Origin: the human T2T-CHM13v2.0 reference genome, Homo sapiens
Strand: one strand, 5' to 3'
DNA: 64,000 nt
NCBI RefSeq assembly: GCF_009914755.1
Contig: NC_060929.1
Both the position numbers and the translations under genes were made by a program. Shown here piece after piece: positions 1 to 14,185 of the stretch. Positions within the stretch are counted from its first letter, which is position 1. Every line of letters starts with the position of its first letter. The notes under the pieces are model-generated. The model did not search any database. It had not been told where the DNA came from and worked only from the letters and a program-made list of their open reading frames with translations.

Positions 1-849
1 AATCAATCAATCATGCTGTCATTTCTTATAAGTGCCCTAAAAATTAAATGGTGGATCAGCACTCAGGCATGAATTGGTTATGTTTTCAATTACTGAAGAA
101 GCACCAAATGAACAAAAGAAAATTTCTGAATTATAATCATCCTCTGACAATGTAACTAAGGGAACTCAATATTCATTTGTGCCTCACCTTTCTCCTTCCT
201 GAAGGAGAGGATTAACTATTTGATTTAAAAAGTATGTCCCAAACATAACACTAAAATTTATGGAAATAATTGTTTTTCTCTTTAGATTCCCAACACAGTG
301 GCAATAAACAAAGCAAATATTAGTGCAAGATTATAGATAAAAACAACAACAACACCAACAATGAAATGCTTACACATGGGGCTCAGATCACAGGAACAAT
401 TAGTGAGAAGAATGCAGGACAATTCAAATCTTCCAATTTCTAGTTAGATTACTTTATACCACACTAACATTTAAGAAACACCATTTATTTGCCAACTGCA
501 TTGAGAGAACACTGCTTATGAAATTACAAAAGCACCCATAACCTAGGTTAGTTTATGTTCTTAATCAAAAATATAAATTTTGAAAACTAGTCACACATTT
601 AATTTGATATTTCAAATAAGTGATCACTTAGAAGTAAAGAAACTCATTTTCTTATATGGCTCATAAACTACTCTAGTTTTCTTTTTAATTAAGCCAAGAG
701 ATGATTCCAAAAATTATTTCAAGTGAAAGAAGCATTACTGGGGGATAGTTTCATAATGTGAACAATATAAAGACCCACATTCACTCTAAGCATGCAAAAT
801 TGGATAGAAACCTAGATTTCTGAGCCAAAGTGCCTAATATAGAACCTTA

Positions 850-950
850 GTTCAACACATCCCACAATGTGCAACTCACTTTGGACAAGTTAGTTGTCTT
901 CTCTGTATCTCAGGTTCTTTAGCAGGAAAGGGAGGAAGGTAATGGTGTTA
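850..950 (+). mobile_element. MIR fragment (degenerate)
   Basis: ttggacaagttagttgtcttctctgtatctcaggttct resembles the MIR core ttgggcaagttacttaacctctctgtgcctcagtttc. Confidence 0.45.
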
Positions 951-1080
951 CCTTAGGTAGGTAAGGACTGGCTCATTGTTAAAATTCATTAATGGTACAT
1001 AGTATTAATATTTAAATTCTATAACACTTTCCAGCATAAAATATTTTTATTTTATTCTCTATATATTATAATTTAGTTCT

Positions 1081-1430
1081 ATATTAGTAAGCTTGGTATG
1101 CCATAACAAAATACAGAACAACATAAATTTATTTCTCATGTTTCTGGAGGCTGGGAAGTTCAACATCAAGTTGACAGTATGTTCTGTTTCTGCTGAGGGC
1201 TCTCTTCCTTGCTTATAGGTGATTTCCTTCTCGCTGTGTCCTCACTGGTCACAGAGAGAGAAAGCACTCTGTTTTTTCCTTCTCCTCTTGTAAGGACTTT
1301 GATCTCATAGAATTAGTTTTCCATCCTTATGACTTCATTTAACTTTAATAACCTCTTAAAGGCCATATTTCAAATATAGTCACACTAGAGCTTAGGACTT
1401 CAACATATGAATTTTAGGGGACACAATAGC
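1081..1430 (-). mobile_element. MaLR solo LTR, MLT1A-like
   Basis: Reverse strand begins tgtgtcccctaaaattcatatgttgaagtccta; plus strand has ctggaggctgggaag and ccttatgacttcatttaac, typical MLT1A motifs. Confidence 0.85.
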
Positions 1431-2864
1431 AAGTTCCTACTAATTTTTCTATTGCAGATATTAGTTTTTACTCTGATTACAATATTTATTTTTGAACTAT
1501 GTCAAAACTAATATTCCATTAAAATTCACTTTTATGCAATCCCTGAACTCACATTTCCATGGAAAGTATCAATATTGTCTTATAAATGTTTCCTTTCTTC
1601 CAAGTTGAAAGTGAGCTAACAGTAATATATATGTTTTTGAAAAATATACTTTAAGTACATTGCAATATCTTATTAATCAGCTTTTGGAACGGTTGTTACT
1701 AACTGTGAATTCTTAACTAAATATTTGTGAATTGCCAGTAATTCACTTTGTTATGATTTAGAGTGGTTCTTAATAAGCTTATTTTACCTGCCAACCTTAC
1801 ATATATACAGAAGATAAATTTTGACAAAGGCTGATGCAAGTTTTTTTTGATCCTCCAAAAGCACTCCCTCCACAAGCGTTGGCAATTCCAACACATCTAA
1901 TTTGAATATTTTCTATGCAAGTCTTCATACAGTGATTGCTTCAGCCACTTTTTAATCATCCCACTCTCTTCTACTATTTCATAGAGTACAGCCTTGACAT
2001 CCTCAAGACCACAGAACAGTATCTACTACTATAATTTACAGATTGAGTAGGTAAGTTCTTATATAATTCTTTGCCAACTGCTTTCTTATACCTAAATAGG
2101 TATTGAAGAAACTGGACAGATCTGACTGAGCAACTTCACTCAACCCCAATGTCTGTTTTGAAATTCTCTTGAGCTCACTGTATTGGGCTTAGGAAAATAT
2201 GGTTGCAGTATTTTCTAGGAGATATCTAAGTTCTCTACCGATATCCCTTCCATGACCCTTCCTACCTGTTTTTCACATACACGCAGGTTTAAATAAAACT
2301 TAAAAGTTAAATATATTTCTTATAGACACAGGTACAGATATATGATTTGGATCAAACATATGTTCATTATATTCACAGGCAGTTTATAATTTGGAGTTGT
2401 TTCTTTAGGACCTGATTTTATGTACCATTTAATAGATTGCTTATTATTTATGCAATCACAAAGGGTAAATCTTAACAACTTTTTTTCACCACTTTCTCAA
2501 AGTGACATAAATGACAACATATTCATGATATTTTTTCTCAGTTTAAGCAGAGAATTATTTTTCTTGCCAATTACTTTAAGCTTAACAAAATATCTACTGT
2601 GAACAGGATAAGATGGACAAATGTGATAATATTGGAATTTAGTCTGCAAAACTGTAGTTCAAAGAAATGCTAATTATGAATATATGACATTTTAAAATAT
2701 CCAAAGTGAAAAATGTACTGAATTACAAAGTATGTGTAGAGGGATAAAATCAAGCTGGTTAATGAAAACAGATGTAGAGAAATGATACTGTCAAAAAAGG
2801 TAGGAGGGTGAAATGAGGACTAAGGTCTTGGATGTGAAGTCTCTGTAATAAAAATATTATCTGC

Positions 2865-3085
2865 CTTTTATTAACTGCCTGAAATGTACCAGGCACTCTG
2901 CCAGGCTTGTGAATACAATATTTCCATTGTTTGCAACAGCGATTATTATGAATAGGCTTTGTTATTTACCCTTACTTTTCCTTTTGTGAACTGTGTGAGC
3001 TAATGAAAACTTAGGTGACTTGCCCAAGGCTAGGCAGAACTCTGACTCAGATGAATGCTTTCCTTTCCAAGGCCATATTTCTTTC
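2865..3085 (-). mobile_element. MIR fragment
   Basis: aggtgacttgcccaaggct core and atgtaccaggcactctgcca. Confidence 0.6.
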
Positions 3086-3359
3086 TATGCATTGTGGTAC
3101 CACACACAGGAGAGTGGGAGAGCAAGAGACTCATATTTTTCACATACTAATGCAAGGGGAACACTAGGCAAGAAGAGAAGAGGACAGCAGAAAGAACAGA
3201 GTTGAGTTTTATTTAAGTGACTGTCAATTTAGCATTTGGAAAACATAGGATTTCAAAGATAAGAAATGCTATACCGCATTAGGTAATTTGACATTTGGTG
3301 GCATAATGTGATACGAGCTTTCTTAAACAAACAAAAATGCCTATCCTTATTTGAAAATG

Positions 3360-4030
3360 AGATGGCAATGCCAAGGTATAAAGACTGGCATACACTTTGC
3401 ATTGCTAATAGTATGAGTTTTCTATAATCGCTTCAGAAAAGCTTTTTTGCATGAGCTAGTAAATCTAAAGGGGAATCATATGATAAAATCCAGATATCCA
3501 TTATTAGAGAACCTCAATTCTATACAAAAAACATGCACAACATTCACAACACCATCTATGGCAGCACTGCTTGATGTGTAAAGTTACATATATATATAAA
3601 ATTATAGAGATTAACAAATACAAATTATATGCTTACACATTCATTTATTTTACCGAATAGTTATATGTATATTTTTGTGCACATGTGCATGGGTGTCTAT
3701 ATAACATAAATGTCTAAATTAAATGGGTGCAAAATTAAATCATAAAATAATACACTTAGTCTGGCTGTAATTATGTAAAGGCTAAAACCAGAAAAAGGAA
3801 ACAAATTATTGCTTGAGGATACATATGCCTATATAACAAAATTGTAAATAAGTGCTAGAAAATGATTAGTAAAACATTCATGATTAGTGGCTATCATAGA
3901 GAGTGGACAGAGAGGCAAAATCTTTGGGAAGATGCACACAGGAAACTTCAGAGGGAGGGTTTGTTTCATTTCCTAAGCTTGGTGATAGATATAGGCTTGC
4001 TCTTCTTAGTTTTATTTTTTGTTTAGTTAT
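3360..4030 (+). mobile_element. Old L1 (L1M, ME/MC-like) 3' region, highly diverged
   Basis: Degenerate L1 3' motifs (cattgctaatagt..., tttcctaagcttggtgatagatatagg). Confidence 0.45.
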
Positions 4031-4849
4031 GGAAACCATATCTAGTCTTTGACCACTTAGTTAGTGATTGCATTGTATAAACAAACAATAAAGCAGTACT
4101 TGGAAATATTAGAGATTTAAACTGTGTCCTTAGAGAGTAACCACAGTTCCCTTTGTAAGGGCAAGTGTCTATTAATTCTTTACTCCCTTAGCAATGTTCT
4201 TTCAACACAAAATCATATGTACACACTTGCAAGAGAATAATTAGAAAGAGAACATAATTGCTGTAGGCATTTAGAAGTTAGAAGGAAAAGAATTCTCTGC
4301 TCATTATGCACTGCACTGTGTCTACCACGGTGGTTTGAGCCTGTTAACCCCTTTCATCTTGTGCACTTCATCCATGAGAAAGAGATAACAAGTGCAAAAT
4401 GATATTGGGTAATGAAGCATCACTCTCTGCATGCTACCCATCACAGGGACACGTGTACAACATCAATATCAGAAACTACTAAGAAGGGAAATGGCAGGCT
4501 CTTATCTGCCACTGCAAGTGGGTTTACAAGCAGAACTAGCATTTTGACATTAGCCTATTTGATGGGGAATCTTTACACTGTGTGGTGGGAGTCTTTCTTG
4601 GAAACAAACGAGAGGCGATAACTGTTAATATCCATGTTGTAGGTTTTTATTGTTACTATTCCTATTAATATTAGTAGTTAGTGTATTTCCATGTTTAATA
4701 TCAGAAAAGTCTTTCTTGAGCAGAGATTTCCAATTATAAGATAACTTACTCAAAGTATAGGTAGAGGGAATTAGTCCATTTATATCATCAAGAGGCCCCA
4801 TATCCAAAATATATTTTAAAGTCACAGCCAGCTTGCCTGTTTGACCTTA

Positions 4850-4965
4850 ACTTAAATGTTACCTTCTCAGACTTCTCTAGCTACTTTATAAATGCAAACT
4901 ACCTCTTCCCTCCCCAAACCCACACTTCTATATCCATTCTCTGCTCTATTTTTCTTCTATTTAAA
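4850..4965 (+). mobile_element. L2 3' fragment
   Basis: ttaaatgttaccttctcaga...ctctgctctatttttcttc matches L2a 3' motifs. Confidence 0.55.
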
Positions 4966-4980
4966 ATATCAGATGGCTGA

Positions 4981-5363
4981 TATATTAGTCCATTTTCACA
5001 CTGCTCTAAAGAACTCCCCAAGATTGGGCAATTTAAAAAGGAAGGGGGAGGCTTAATAGACTCACAGTTCAGCATGGCTGGGGAGGCCTCAGGAAACTTA
5101 CAGTGATGTCAGAAGGTGAAGCAGAAGTAAGGAAACTTCTTCACAAGGTGATAGAAAGGATAATGAATGCAGGAGAACTACCAAACACCTATAAAACCAT
5201 CAGATGTCATGAGAATTTACTCACTATCATGAGACCAGCATGGGGGAAACCACTTCCATGATCAAATTACCACCACCTGGTCTCTCTCCCTTGACACATG
5301 GGGATTATGAGGATTACAATTCAAGATAAGATTTGGGTGGAGACACAAAGCCTAACCATATCA
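4981..5363 (-). mobile_element. THE1D solo LTR (MaLR)
   Basis: tatattagtcc...gactcacagttcagcatggctggggaggcctcaggaaactta...caaagcctaaccatatca; 5-bp TSD gctga/gctaa. Confidence 0.93.
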
Positions 5364-5369
5364 GCTAAG

Positions 5370-5552
5370 GAGTAGTTGATAGGATGGTGGTTTTTTTTTT
5401 TTCAGAGTAATAAAATGTTCTAAAATTGATTGTCATGATGGATGCACAAAGATGCCCAAATCTGAATAAAAAGCCAATGAATTGTACGCTTTTCAATGGT
5501 TGAATTTTATGGTCTGTGAATTATATCTTAATATATCTGTTTTTTAAAAAAA
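5370..5552 (+). mobile_element. L1MB7/8-like 3' end
   Basis: aaaatgttctaaaattgattgt...tgtgaattatatcttaata is the L1MB 3' terminus pattern. Confidence 0.8.
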
Positions 5553-6859
5553 GATTATAAAGGAGCAAATCTTTTCAAGTTCTAAGTTCCAAGTTCTAGG
5601 GAATCACAGGAAAACCCCCCTCGGACACTGAAGCATTAGAATTGTAAAAATAAATACCAAGTAGACCTACAACAGTGGAAGTGAGATACAGTCCAAATGT
5701 GATAGATGGTTAAAACGTAGGTTCAGAATAATTACTGAATACTTCTAGGATAGAATTCATACATATAGTAACCATGAAATGGAAAAAGATTAAAATGTGA
5801 AGTATGGTCAAGATTATGAAGACAGGCTATAACAGACATTTTGGGTCAAGAGGGTAACAGTGTAACAGTGTAGTGAGGACTTAGGGGGAACAGATTAATT
5901 AATTCATTATGTAAATGATCTCCTGCACAGCACTTAAGAGACAATACTAACATATGACCACAGAGCACAATGGTAATCAACACTAGGGGTTTCCAGAGTT
6001 AAAATTACATGTGATATATTTAAAAAGGAGCCTTGTTCTTGACATTCTGTAGCCCTCTGTTATCAAGGACTTAGCATGTCACCAGAAGCATCAATCAAAA
6101 TTGATTACATACTCTAGAACCAGGTCTTGAATGACAGGGTACTGTTTTCAGTAGCTTCATTTCAGATCGATTCCATTTGAACAACTTCAAACAATTACAT
6201 TAAATGTCCTTTAGTTATTTCCTTGTTTACTATTTTCCATAATTTCATTTTGGCCTTAACCCCTAAATGCATTGAAGAATGCAGTTACAATTAAATTTTA
6301 TCAGATTTAATTTTTAGACTTTATATGTCAATTGCAGAGCAGATATCAAATATAGACTTTTACAAGTACAAATTAGAAAAAATCATTTAATTAGTCAAAA
6401 TATTTGAAATGTACAAGAAATTCTCACAAGTGTATGTGTTTGCAAGAAATAATTAGATAAACTTCTTCAGAGGGGAAAAAGGATTTCAAGGGAGTTAGAT
6501 AGTAAAAGATGATCATCTGCAAAGAAACAGTAAGAAATTTGAATCTCCATAGAAGCCTCTCTATGTGAAAGCATTGAGACTGGTTATTTCATGGTAGAAG
6601 AGATAACATTGATTGGCTAAATAACTGTATGCCCAAATAAACAAAAGAGTGGAATCACATATTAAATATTTTATGGGGGAACACTAAACACTTGTAATAT
6701 ACTCACTTTCTGTAAGCCCATAAACATCCACCAAATGGGACTTAATCAAAGATACCAGAAAGAGTGATATGTCTTAGTCATATAGCCCATTTATTAATAT
6801 ATCCTATCAATAATAAGTAGCATTGTCATAATCATCATCATTCTCTTCACCACAGCTTG

Positions 6860-7490
6860 GCATGGCTATTCCCTTCTCTAAATACATTTATTACCTGGGT
6901 CACCTTGCCCAGACCCATGACTTTAAACAACTCCTAAATGTGGTTCCTAATTAATACCTTCAGCCTTGAGCTCTTCATTAAGTAACAGATTTATATAGTC
7001 ATTTCTCCTTTTAACATCTTCACTTAAGTGAAACATAGGAAGATAAATATTAAATGCTTGATTACACTGCTCTTCCAAACAGCCCTGCTCTTCCTAAGGC
7101 CCACGACGGAGCCATCGTTTGTGTACTAGCTCAGATCAAAAAGGAAAAAAAAAAAACAGAATTGCTGTTGGGTTCTATTTTTTCCACAAATGCCACAATA
7201 TATCTACCAGTGAGTTCTGTTGGCTCTACCTTTATAATGTATTCTGACTCTCATATCATACCTGCTGCATGCAAATCCTTTGCTTCCATTGTCATCTCAC
7301 CCCTGGGGTACAGCAATAGTCTCCTAACATAGCGGCCCACTGGTAATGCAGCCTGAGCCAGAATTACTGTTTAAAAATGCAAATTAGATCTTGTCAGAAG
7401 CCTGCTTCTAATCCTCCAATAGCTTCCCATAACATCCTCTGGATAAAATCCAAAATTCATACCGTGGTCCACACGTAGCTATGTGATCAT
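6860..7490 (+). mobile_element. L2 (L2a-like) fragment
   Basis: cccatgactttaaa, tctgttggctctaccttta, aatagtctcctaa, cctccaatagcttccc, ggataaaatccaaa. Confidence 0.75.
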
Positions 7491-7675
7491 GTCGCATTCT
7501 ACTTATTGAAGCTTTTGGCCCATTTTACACATGGTATTTCATTCAGATATTGCTTTTTCTTCAAGTCTCCGAGCTTATCCCTACCCTAGTGTCATCATCT
7601 ACTAAATACATACATACATAAAATCTCTCCTGGGCACTTTTATCTATTCTCATGGCTTGAAATGTTATAAATATT

Positions 7676-7992
7676 TCCCTTCCTTCCTTCCTTCCTTCCC
7701 TGTCCTTCCCATTCCTTCTCCCTTCCCCTTCCTTCCTTCCTTCCCTGTCCTTCCCGTTCCTTCTCCCTTCCCCTTCCTTTCTTCCTTCCTTCCTTCCCTG
7801 TCCTTCCCGTTCCTTCTCCCTTCCCCTTCCTTTCTTTCTTCCTTCCTTCCCTCCCTTCCTTCCTTTCTTCTTTCTTTCTTTCTTTCTTTTCTTTCTTTCT
7901 TTCTTTTTGTTTCTTTGTTTCTTTGTTTCTTTCTTTCTTTCTCTTTCTTGCTTTCTTTCTTTTACGTATTTCTTTCTTTCTTTCTTCTTTCC

Positions 7993-7995
<3 letters not shown>
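7676..7995. repeat. Polypyrimidine tract: (CCTT)n, three copies of a ~45-53 bp unit, then (TTTC)n; expanded Alu tail
   Basis: Directly visible; ccctgtccttcccRttccttctcccttcccc starts at 7698, 7743 and 7796. Confidence 0.95.
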
Positions 7996-8278
<283 letters not shown>

Positions 8279-8297
8279 TCGATGTATTCTTTCTAGA

Positions 8298-8619
8298 TTT
8301 TTTGTTTGTTTGCTTGTTTTTTTTTTTTTGTTGTTGTTGTTTTGAGACAGTTTCGCTCTTGTTGCCTAGGCTGGAGTGCAATGTCTCCATCTCGGCTCAC
8401 TGCAACCCCTGCGTCCGGGTTCAAGCGGTTCTCTTGCCTCAGCCTCCCAAGTACCTTTACAGGCATGCACCACCAAGCTGGGCTAATTTTTGTATTTTTA
8501 GTAGAGATGGTGTTTCTCCATGTTGGTCAGGCTGGTCTCGAACTCCCGACCTCAGGTGATCTGCCTGCCTCAGCCTCTCAACGTGCTGGGAATACAGGCA
8601 TGAGCCACTGTGCCGTGCC
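8298..8619 (-). mobile_element. AluSp
   Basis: Sp diagnostics tttctccatgttggtcagg and aactcccgacctcagg; TSD core tctttcta at 8288 and 8620. Confidence 0.93.
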
Positions 8620-8759
8620 TCTTTCTAAGCTTTTATTTCTATCTGATACCTCTCAGAATCCAGACCACAATATTCAGTTTTCTAATAGGCAACCGTCCTT
8701 AAAAGCTCTAAAAATCTAACTTATCTACCCTCACTTCCCTTATCGTGACAAAAATTCTT

Positions 8760-9260
8760 TGTTTTTATTTACTGGAACTTCCATTAATCCAGATGCTTAT
8801 GTCAATTGACCCTATCAATCATGAAGCATTGTGAATTTTAACTCATAAATACATCTTAACTCAATCTAGCTCTTTCCATTTTAACTGGCAATGCCCTGGA
8901 CTGACTCAATATTATCTCTTGTTTAGACGATGGCAACATCTTCCTCACTGGTACTCCTACCCAAGATCTGCTATCATCCAAGCCATGCAATATGATCATT
9001 CTAAAAGGCAATGCAGATACTGTAACTTTCTTGTGAAAGAAGCTTCGGTGTCCTCCTTTACATTCACTTCCTTCTTTAAAAAAATCAAATACACTTAGCA
9101 TAGCACTCAAAATATTCATTATTTAATACATGATTACTTCACTTGTAATCTCCACACCATCTTCTATTAATATCTTGATATACTGTATTATCTACATTTC
9201 TACAAGCAAGCAAGATCCATTTTGCATTTGTATATGTTGCCTTTTCTTTGAAGAAGGACC
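8760..9260 (+). mobile_element. L2 fragment
   Basis: atctcttgtttagac...cttcctcactggtactcct, tgatcattctaaaaggcaa, acacttagcatagcactcaa. Confidence 0.6.
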
Positions 9261-10029
9261 TACAATTTTAAATTATTCCTGCATTTAGAACATAACATTA
9301 TTTTAAATACCCTTTTTTGTGGGTTACATGATCACCATGATCTGCCTGGAGGACAATGAATGCCCTTTTGCAGGGAAGTTAGAGTGCCTGCATTCCCTTT
9401 TAGAATAATTACATTGGGATTTGCCTTTGTTTATGCTGTCGCATCTCTCACCACAATTCCCTTCCTCCAGCCACACTGATATCTTTAAACATGCTCCCCA
9501 TATGGGAATCAGAATTTTAACTAAGTCTGACCATAAGTGTGTATTCTTCATATGACTTAATTAAACTTAATTACTTCTATACAGAACATTATAGTGATGA
9601 TGAATATATCAATCATGGAGACACAGAGCATCACTTTAGAAGTCTCTCAAGTGTTGCTGTGGTGGAAGAGAAGTCAAACAAATGCCGATTTGGGACTACC
9701 ACTGAGACCTCAATCAAAGTAAAATTTATTTATTTATTTTTGTTGTTAAATGTTGGGGCTTAGTGTAAGCCCTCTTCTGAGGGATTTGTATATATATGTG
9801 ATTATTTTCGTAGTCCATGGCTCTTTTAGATTTTATGGATTTTTTGTGATAAGGTGGTTATATTTCAAGAGTTTGTTACATTATAATAATCAAATTGTTA
9901 CATTTTACACACATGTTCTGCATTATTTTGTGCTAAGATTCTGGATTTTATAAGGTCTTGCAATTTGGAGGCAAGAAAGCTGGTTCAGATTGAATATTTA
10001 TCTTTAAAAAGGTGTTCAAGCCACTCACT

Positions 10030-11110
10030 TTAAAAATATGCAAAAGACATGAATAGACATTTACAATTGAAAATTTCCAAATGGCTAGTAAGAATATGAA
10101 TATGTGACTTACATCATTGAAACATCAAGAGAACACAAATTAAGACAAAAAGGAGATATCACTGTATGAGCATAGACATAGTGGAGATACAAATTATTTA
10201 AAATGGCAGTCAACATCAAATGTTAGGAAATATATGAGTGGCTGTAACTTGAACAAATTGATAGTGGATATGTAAATTGATTTAAAAAAATTTCTTAGTG
10301 AAAATATTTGGCAGTGTCTACCAAAGTTAATCATATGTCTACCTTGTGGACTTAGTAATTTCACTCTTAGTACAAACTCAGGAGTATTACTCATGTATGT
10401 GCCACAAAAAGACATATTAAAATGTCCATAAATGTTTTCTTTATAATTATCAAAACTAGAAACAATAAAAAATATCCATTAATAGTAGACAGAATAAATA
10501 CATTTTTATCTTCTTTGTGTGTGTGTTGGAGAGAGAGAAAGAGAGAGACAGGGCCTTGCTCTGTTGCTCAGGCTGGAGTGTGTGACACGAACACAGCTCA
10601 GTGCAGCCTTGACCTCCTGGGTTCATGTGATCCTCCTGCCTCAGCCTCCTGAGTAGCTGGGATCATAGGCACGAGATTCTTCCACCTCAGTCTCCCAAAA
10701 TGCTGGCTTTACAGGTATGAGCCACCATGCCTGCCCACATTTTTATATTCAGAAATGATGCATTACTACCTAGGGTTAAAATAATTGAACTATTTCTAGA
10801 TGAAACAATGTAGATTAAACTATTAAGTGAAATTGCCAGAGAAAAAAGATGATGTTCTCAGGATTCTATTTACGTGAAATGCACAAACGTGACAAAAAAC
10901 AAAATCATAATAGTGGTATTGGGAGGAAGGGGATGTGTAAGCATTGATTGGAAATGGGTACGAGGATGCTTCGCTTCAGAGATGTAGTAGCTCTTGTCGC
11001 AATCTGGAGGCTGATTATGTGAGTATATACTTAGACAAAAATCATCAGGGCTTCATTTAGGATATATGCAATTTATTATTTATAAATTAAACTTTGATAA
11101 TATTTTACAT
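10030..11110 (+). mobile_element. Old L1 (L1MD/ME-like) ORF2 end and 3' UTR, split by an Alu
   Basis: gcaaaagacatgaatagacattt, tttggcagtgtctaccaaag, aaaactagaaacaa; continues after 10737; ends near (AAAAC)n at 11113-11140. Confidence 0.8.
10510..10736 (-). mobile_element. AluJ with internal deletion
   Basis: Right arm joined to the start of the left arm with no A-rich linker; exact TSD acatttttat at 10500-10509 and 10737-10746. Confidence 0.88.
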
Positions 11111-11849
11111 TAAAACAAAACAAAACAAAACAAAAAACAAAGCTCTTCTAAGGCACAGAAATCATTGGTTTTTCTTACGACACACAATTTACATTACTTA
11201 CTACTGAAGCCCTCCGTGGCTTCCAGTTAATTACCACAGGTGCATGAATTTTTATTACTCTATTATTCACAGTATTATGATTTAGCTAGTCCACATTTTT
11301 AGAACTAATTTGATAGGGAAATATTTCTATGGTGACATTTATCACTAACAAATGAATTATAATTCAAAATTTATACCTAATTCTTTATAACAGAATTTCC
11401 CAAAGTATAAACTCACGTGCTTTCAAAATAAGGCAAATTTAAAATGAGGCGGAAAGAAAATAATAATTTGGGCATGAAGAGTAATGACAATTGAAGTAAA
11501 AGAAAGTAAGAAGCTTTATGTCCAATTTTTCTTTTAACTTCTCCATCAAGTACAATCCATAAAGTACAATAACATTTCTATTTAAAAGAGAGGACATTGA
11601 TTAAACATAACTCAGAAGAGTACGTATTACTTACAAATTAGAAAAGCAATCAATAAAAGCTCATGATGGCTAAGGAGTTAAACAAAGATGCGGCTTCATT
11701 AAATATATTCAAATCTCCTGGTCTGAAAATGAAAATAACAAAGAAAACACCTAGTATTTCAGTGTAGTGATAGCTTTTGCATATGAATCACCTGATCTGT
11801 CACTGAGTTAAGTAGTAATTTGTGGGCAAAGTTTTTGTTTTATGAATTA

Positions 11850-11960
11850 TGCTAGTTTTCCATGGCTATCATAACAAATTACCATAAGCCTGGTGACAAC
11901 AATGCAAATTTATTGTCTAAACATTCTGGAGGGGAAAAGACCAAAATGGATCTTACAGTG
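11850..11960 (-). mobile_element. MLT1 LTR end fragment (MLT1C/E-like)
   Basis: ctagttttccatggctatcataacaaattaccataagcctggtg...aaatttattgtct...ttctggagg. Confidence 0.7.
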
Positions 11961-13359
11961 TTCATATAAAATACCCATATATACACAATTCTACACCTGT
12001 AAATTAGGTGTTTTGAACCACTGTGATAAAGCAAACATAACTTATCTGTATATTCATTCTGCATACATAATTTTAGTTTATAATTCTAATGTATAAAGGT
12101 ATATATTTTCTTCTATGCTATGTGCATAAAAGTTGATCTATTATAGATATTTATTTAAATTAAATTTAAATTACAAGTCTGACTAAAAGGGAGCTTGATA
12201 AGAAATCACCTCTATTAGAAGAAGGGCTTTTATTCTGGAACAAATAAAGAATTCCTCACCAATCCTACATTTTACTTTTTGCTTGTCTTGGGGGTAATAC
12301 AAAGGCAACAAATAAAATAATCCCAGCTGATCATTGTCTGAAGAAAGAAGACACCCTCCTACATAAGAAATAACCATCACGTTTCAAGAGGTCGAGTGAA
12401 TCTTTATCGCCCAACCTCTTAATAAAATTCCTTCCATGCTCTGTCAAGATCTGGTGAATAAGTCAGAGGCAGAGATAAACCAAACAAAATCTTGCAATGT
12501 AGCAAAAGTGAGAACTGCTTTTCTCCATAAATTAGGTACATTTCACTGAAGGAAATAGTCTTCCATCATACTACTACTTTCGTCAAGGCAAAGGCTTATA
12601 GGGGGGGATGTATTTTATTTTTCATTTAGAGTTCAACAGTACAAATTTATCTCTATCAATAAAATTGTCAATTGCAGTAACAAGTAAATTTATCTAGCTG
12701 TTTTAGTACCCAATGGGACCATTTTCATGTTAAGGCCTGGAATTAAAACAGCAGTAGAAATAAAAACAAGATGATGGATTTAAAGAAAGATCTAAATCTG
12801 TTGAATTTTCTTTGTGTCCATTAAGAAACAGATGTTTTCCATATGTTGAATAGAAGAAACCTCAGCCACATTTTAATTATATTGTTTGAAGTAGAAGTTT
12901 GATAGTATTTATACATGGAAAATAAAAAAAACAGGGTTTGGGAATGTGATTTTGTACCTAGTCTTCCCCTGCTGCTTAGAGAAATTACCTCTATCTCGAA
13001 GCTTGGATTACTATATGCAGTTAGGAGATATAATACCTGTCTCAGTGTTGTATGAAAAATATTTAGCAAATAAAATAATACTGTGATAATGTGGATTTTA
13101 TATAGTGTTAATGAAATCAATTTTTATACTTGGGAAATTTTTCCTGTTAGATTTGGTATCTATTTGCATACATTATATGAATCACTCAGCTAGAATCAAA
13201 GTCATACCTATGTAGTGTGCACATATATATAATTCTTTATAATTTAAAAAATAAACAAAAACATTGCTTGAATGGAGAAAAACACTTGAATACCACTTTA
13301 TCACTTTGAGCATTTTCATCAAATGCTAACATTTGAGTGCAATTTGTTTTATCATAGTT

Positions 13360-13467
13360 TCTTTCTCTCTCTCTCGTGCATACATACACACATATACATA
13401 TATAGGTACACACACATCTGATCCCTGTATATATACACACATACATATGTCTATACACATACACACA
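13360..13467. repeat. Mixed (CT)/(TA)/(CA) low-complexity tract
   Basis: Directly visible. Confidence 0.85.
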
Positions 13468-13469
13468 GT

Positions 13470-13710
13470 TTTATAGAACTACTAAAATTTAAGTTGCAGC
13501 CATTTTTCTCTTTTATTTCTAAGTATTTCAATGAATTTTCTAAAAATAGAATTATTTTATATCAACAAAATGGATTTATGAAAATCAGGAAATTTAACAT
13601 ATATAGAATATGACTATCTAAGTCAAAATCAATATTGAAATTTTATCATATGTTCAATCATGTTCTTATAATACTTTATTACTGGCTAGGATCTAGTCCA
13701 GTATAAATGT
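13470..13710 (-). mobile_element. L1MC4/5-like 3' fragment
   Basis: aagttgcag...ctaagtatttca...aaaatcaggaaatttaacat. Confidence 0.6.
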
Positions 13711-14185
13711 GAAAAAAATGCATTGGAGTTGAATGCATTCACATTTCATTTCTTTCATGCTTTCAAGGAAAATAATTAAAATATTAAATACATTTTTGAA
13801 AGCATTGAAAAGCATGGAGATATTTGGAGTTTATTTTATAACCACTCACACCAAAACTGGATGAACAAAGCAAGCATGTATTTATATGCAAACACACATA
13901 TGCTAGAAACCCAAAACACACTCAAAATATATTCTGGGAATTTTCTCTATTTCAAGGTTACTGTAACTACAACTTGGCTTAGACCCAGTTAGTTATGACT
14001 ATGCATTGGTCATTAAATGATAGTGCATGCTATATAACAGGACAAGAATTTATATGCCTCACTACATTAAAATTCCAACGTGAAGAGATTAATACCTGAC
14101 TGACAATAATTACTACGTTTAATCTCTCTTATCGGTCTGTGTTAAAAATTATACATATTAGCTCCACTACATATTCACCAAGTTT

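Noticed and set aside
9595-9706. Box C (gtgatga) and box D (ctga) about 110 nt apart
   Set aside because: No terminal stem and no recognisable rRNA guide; expected by chance
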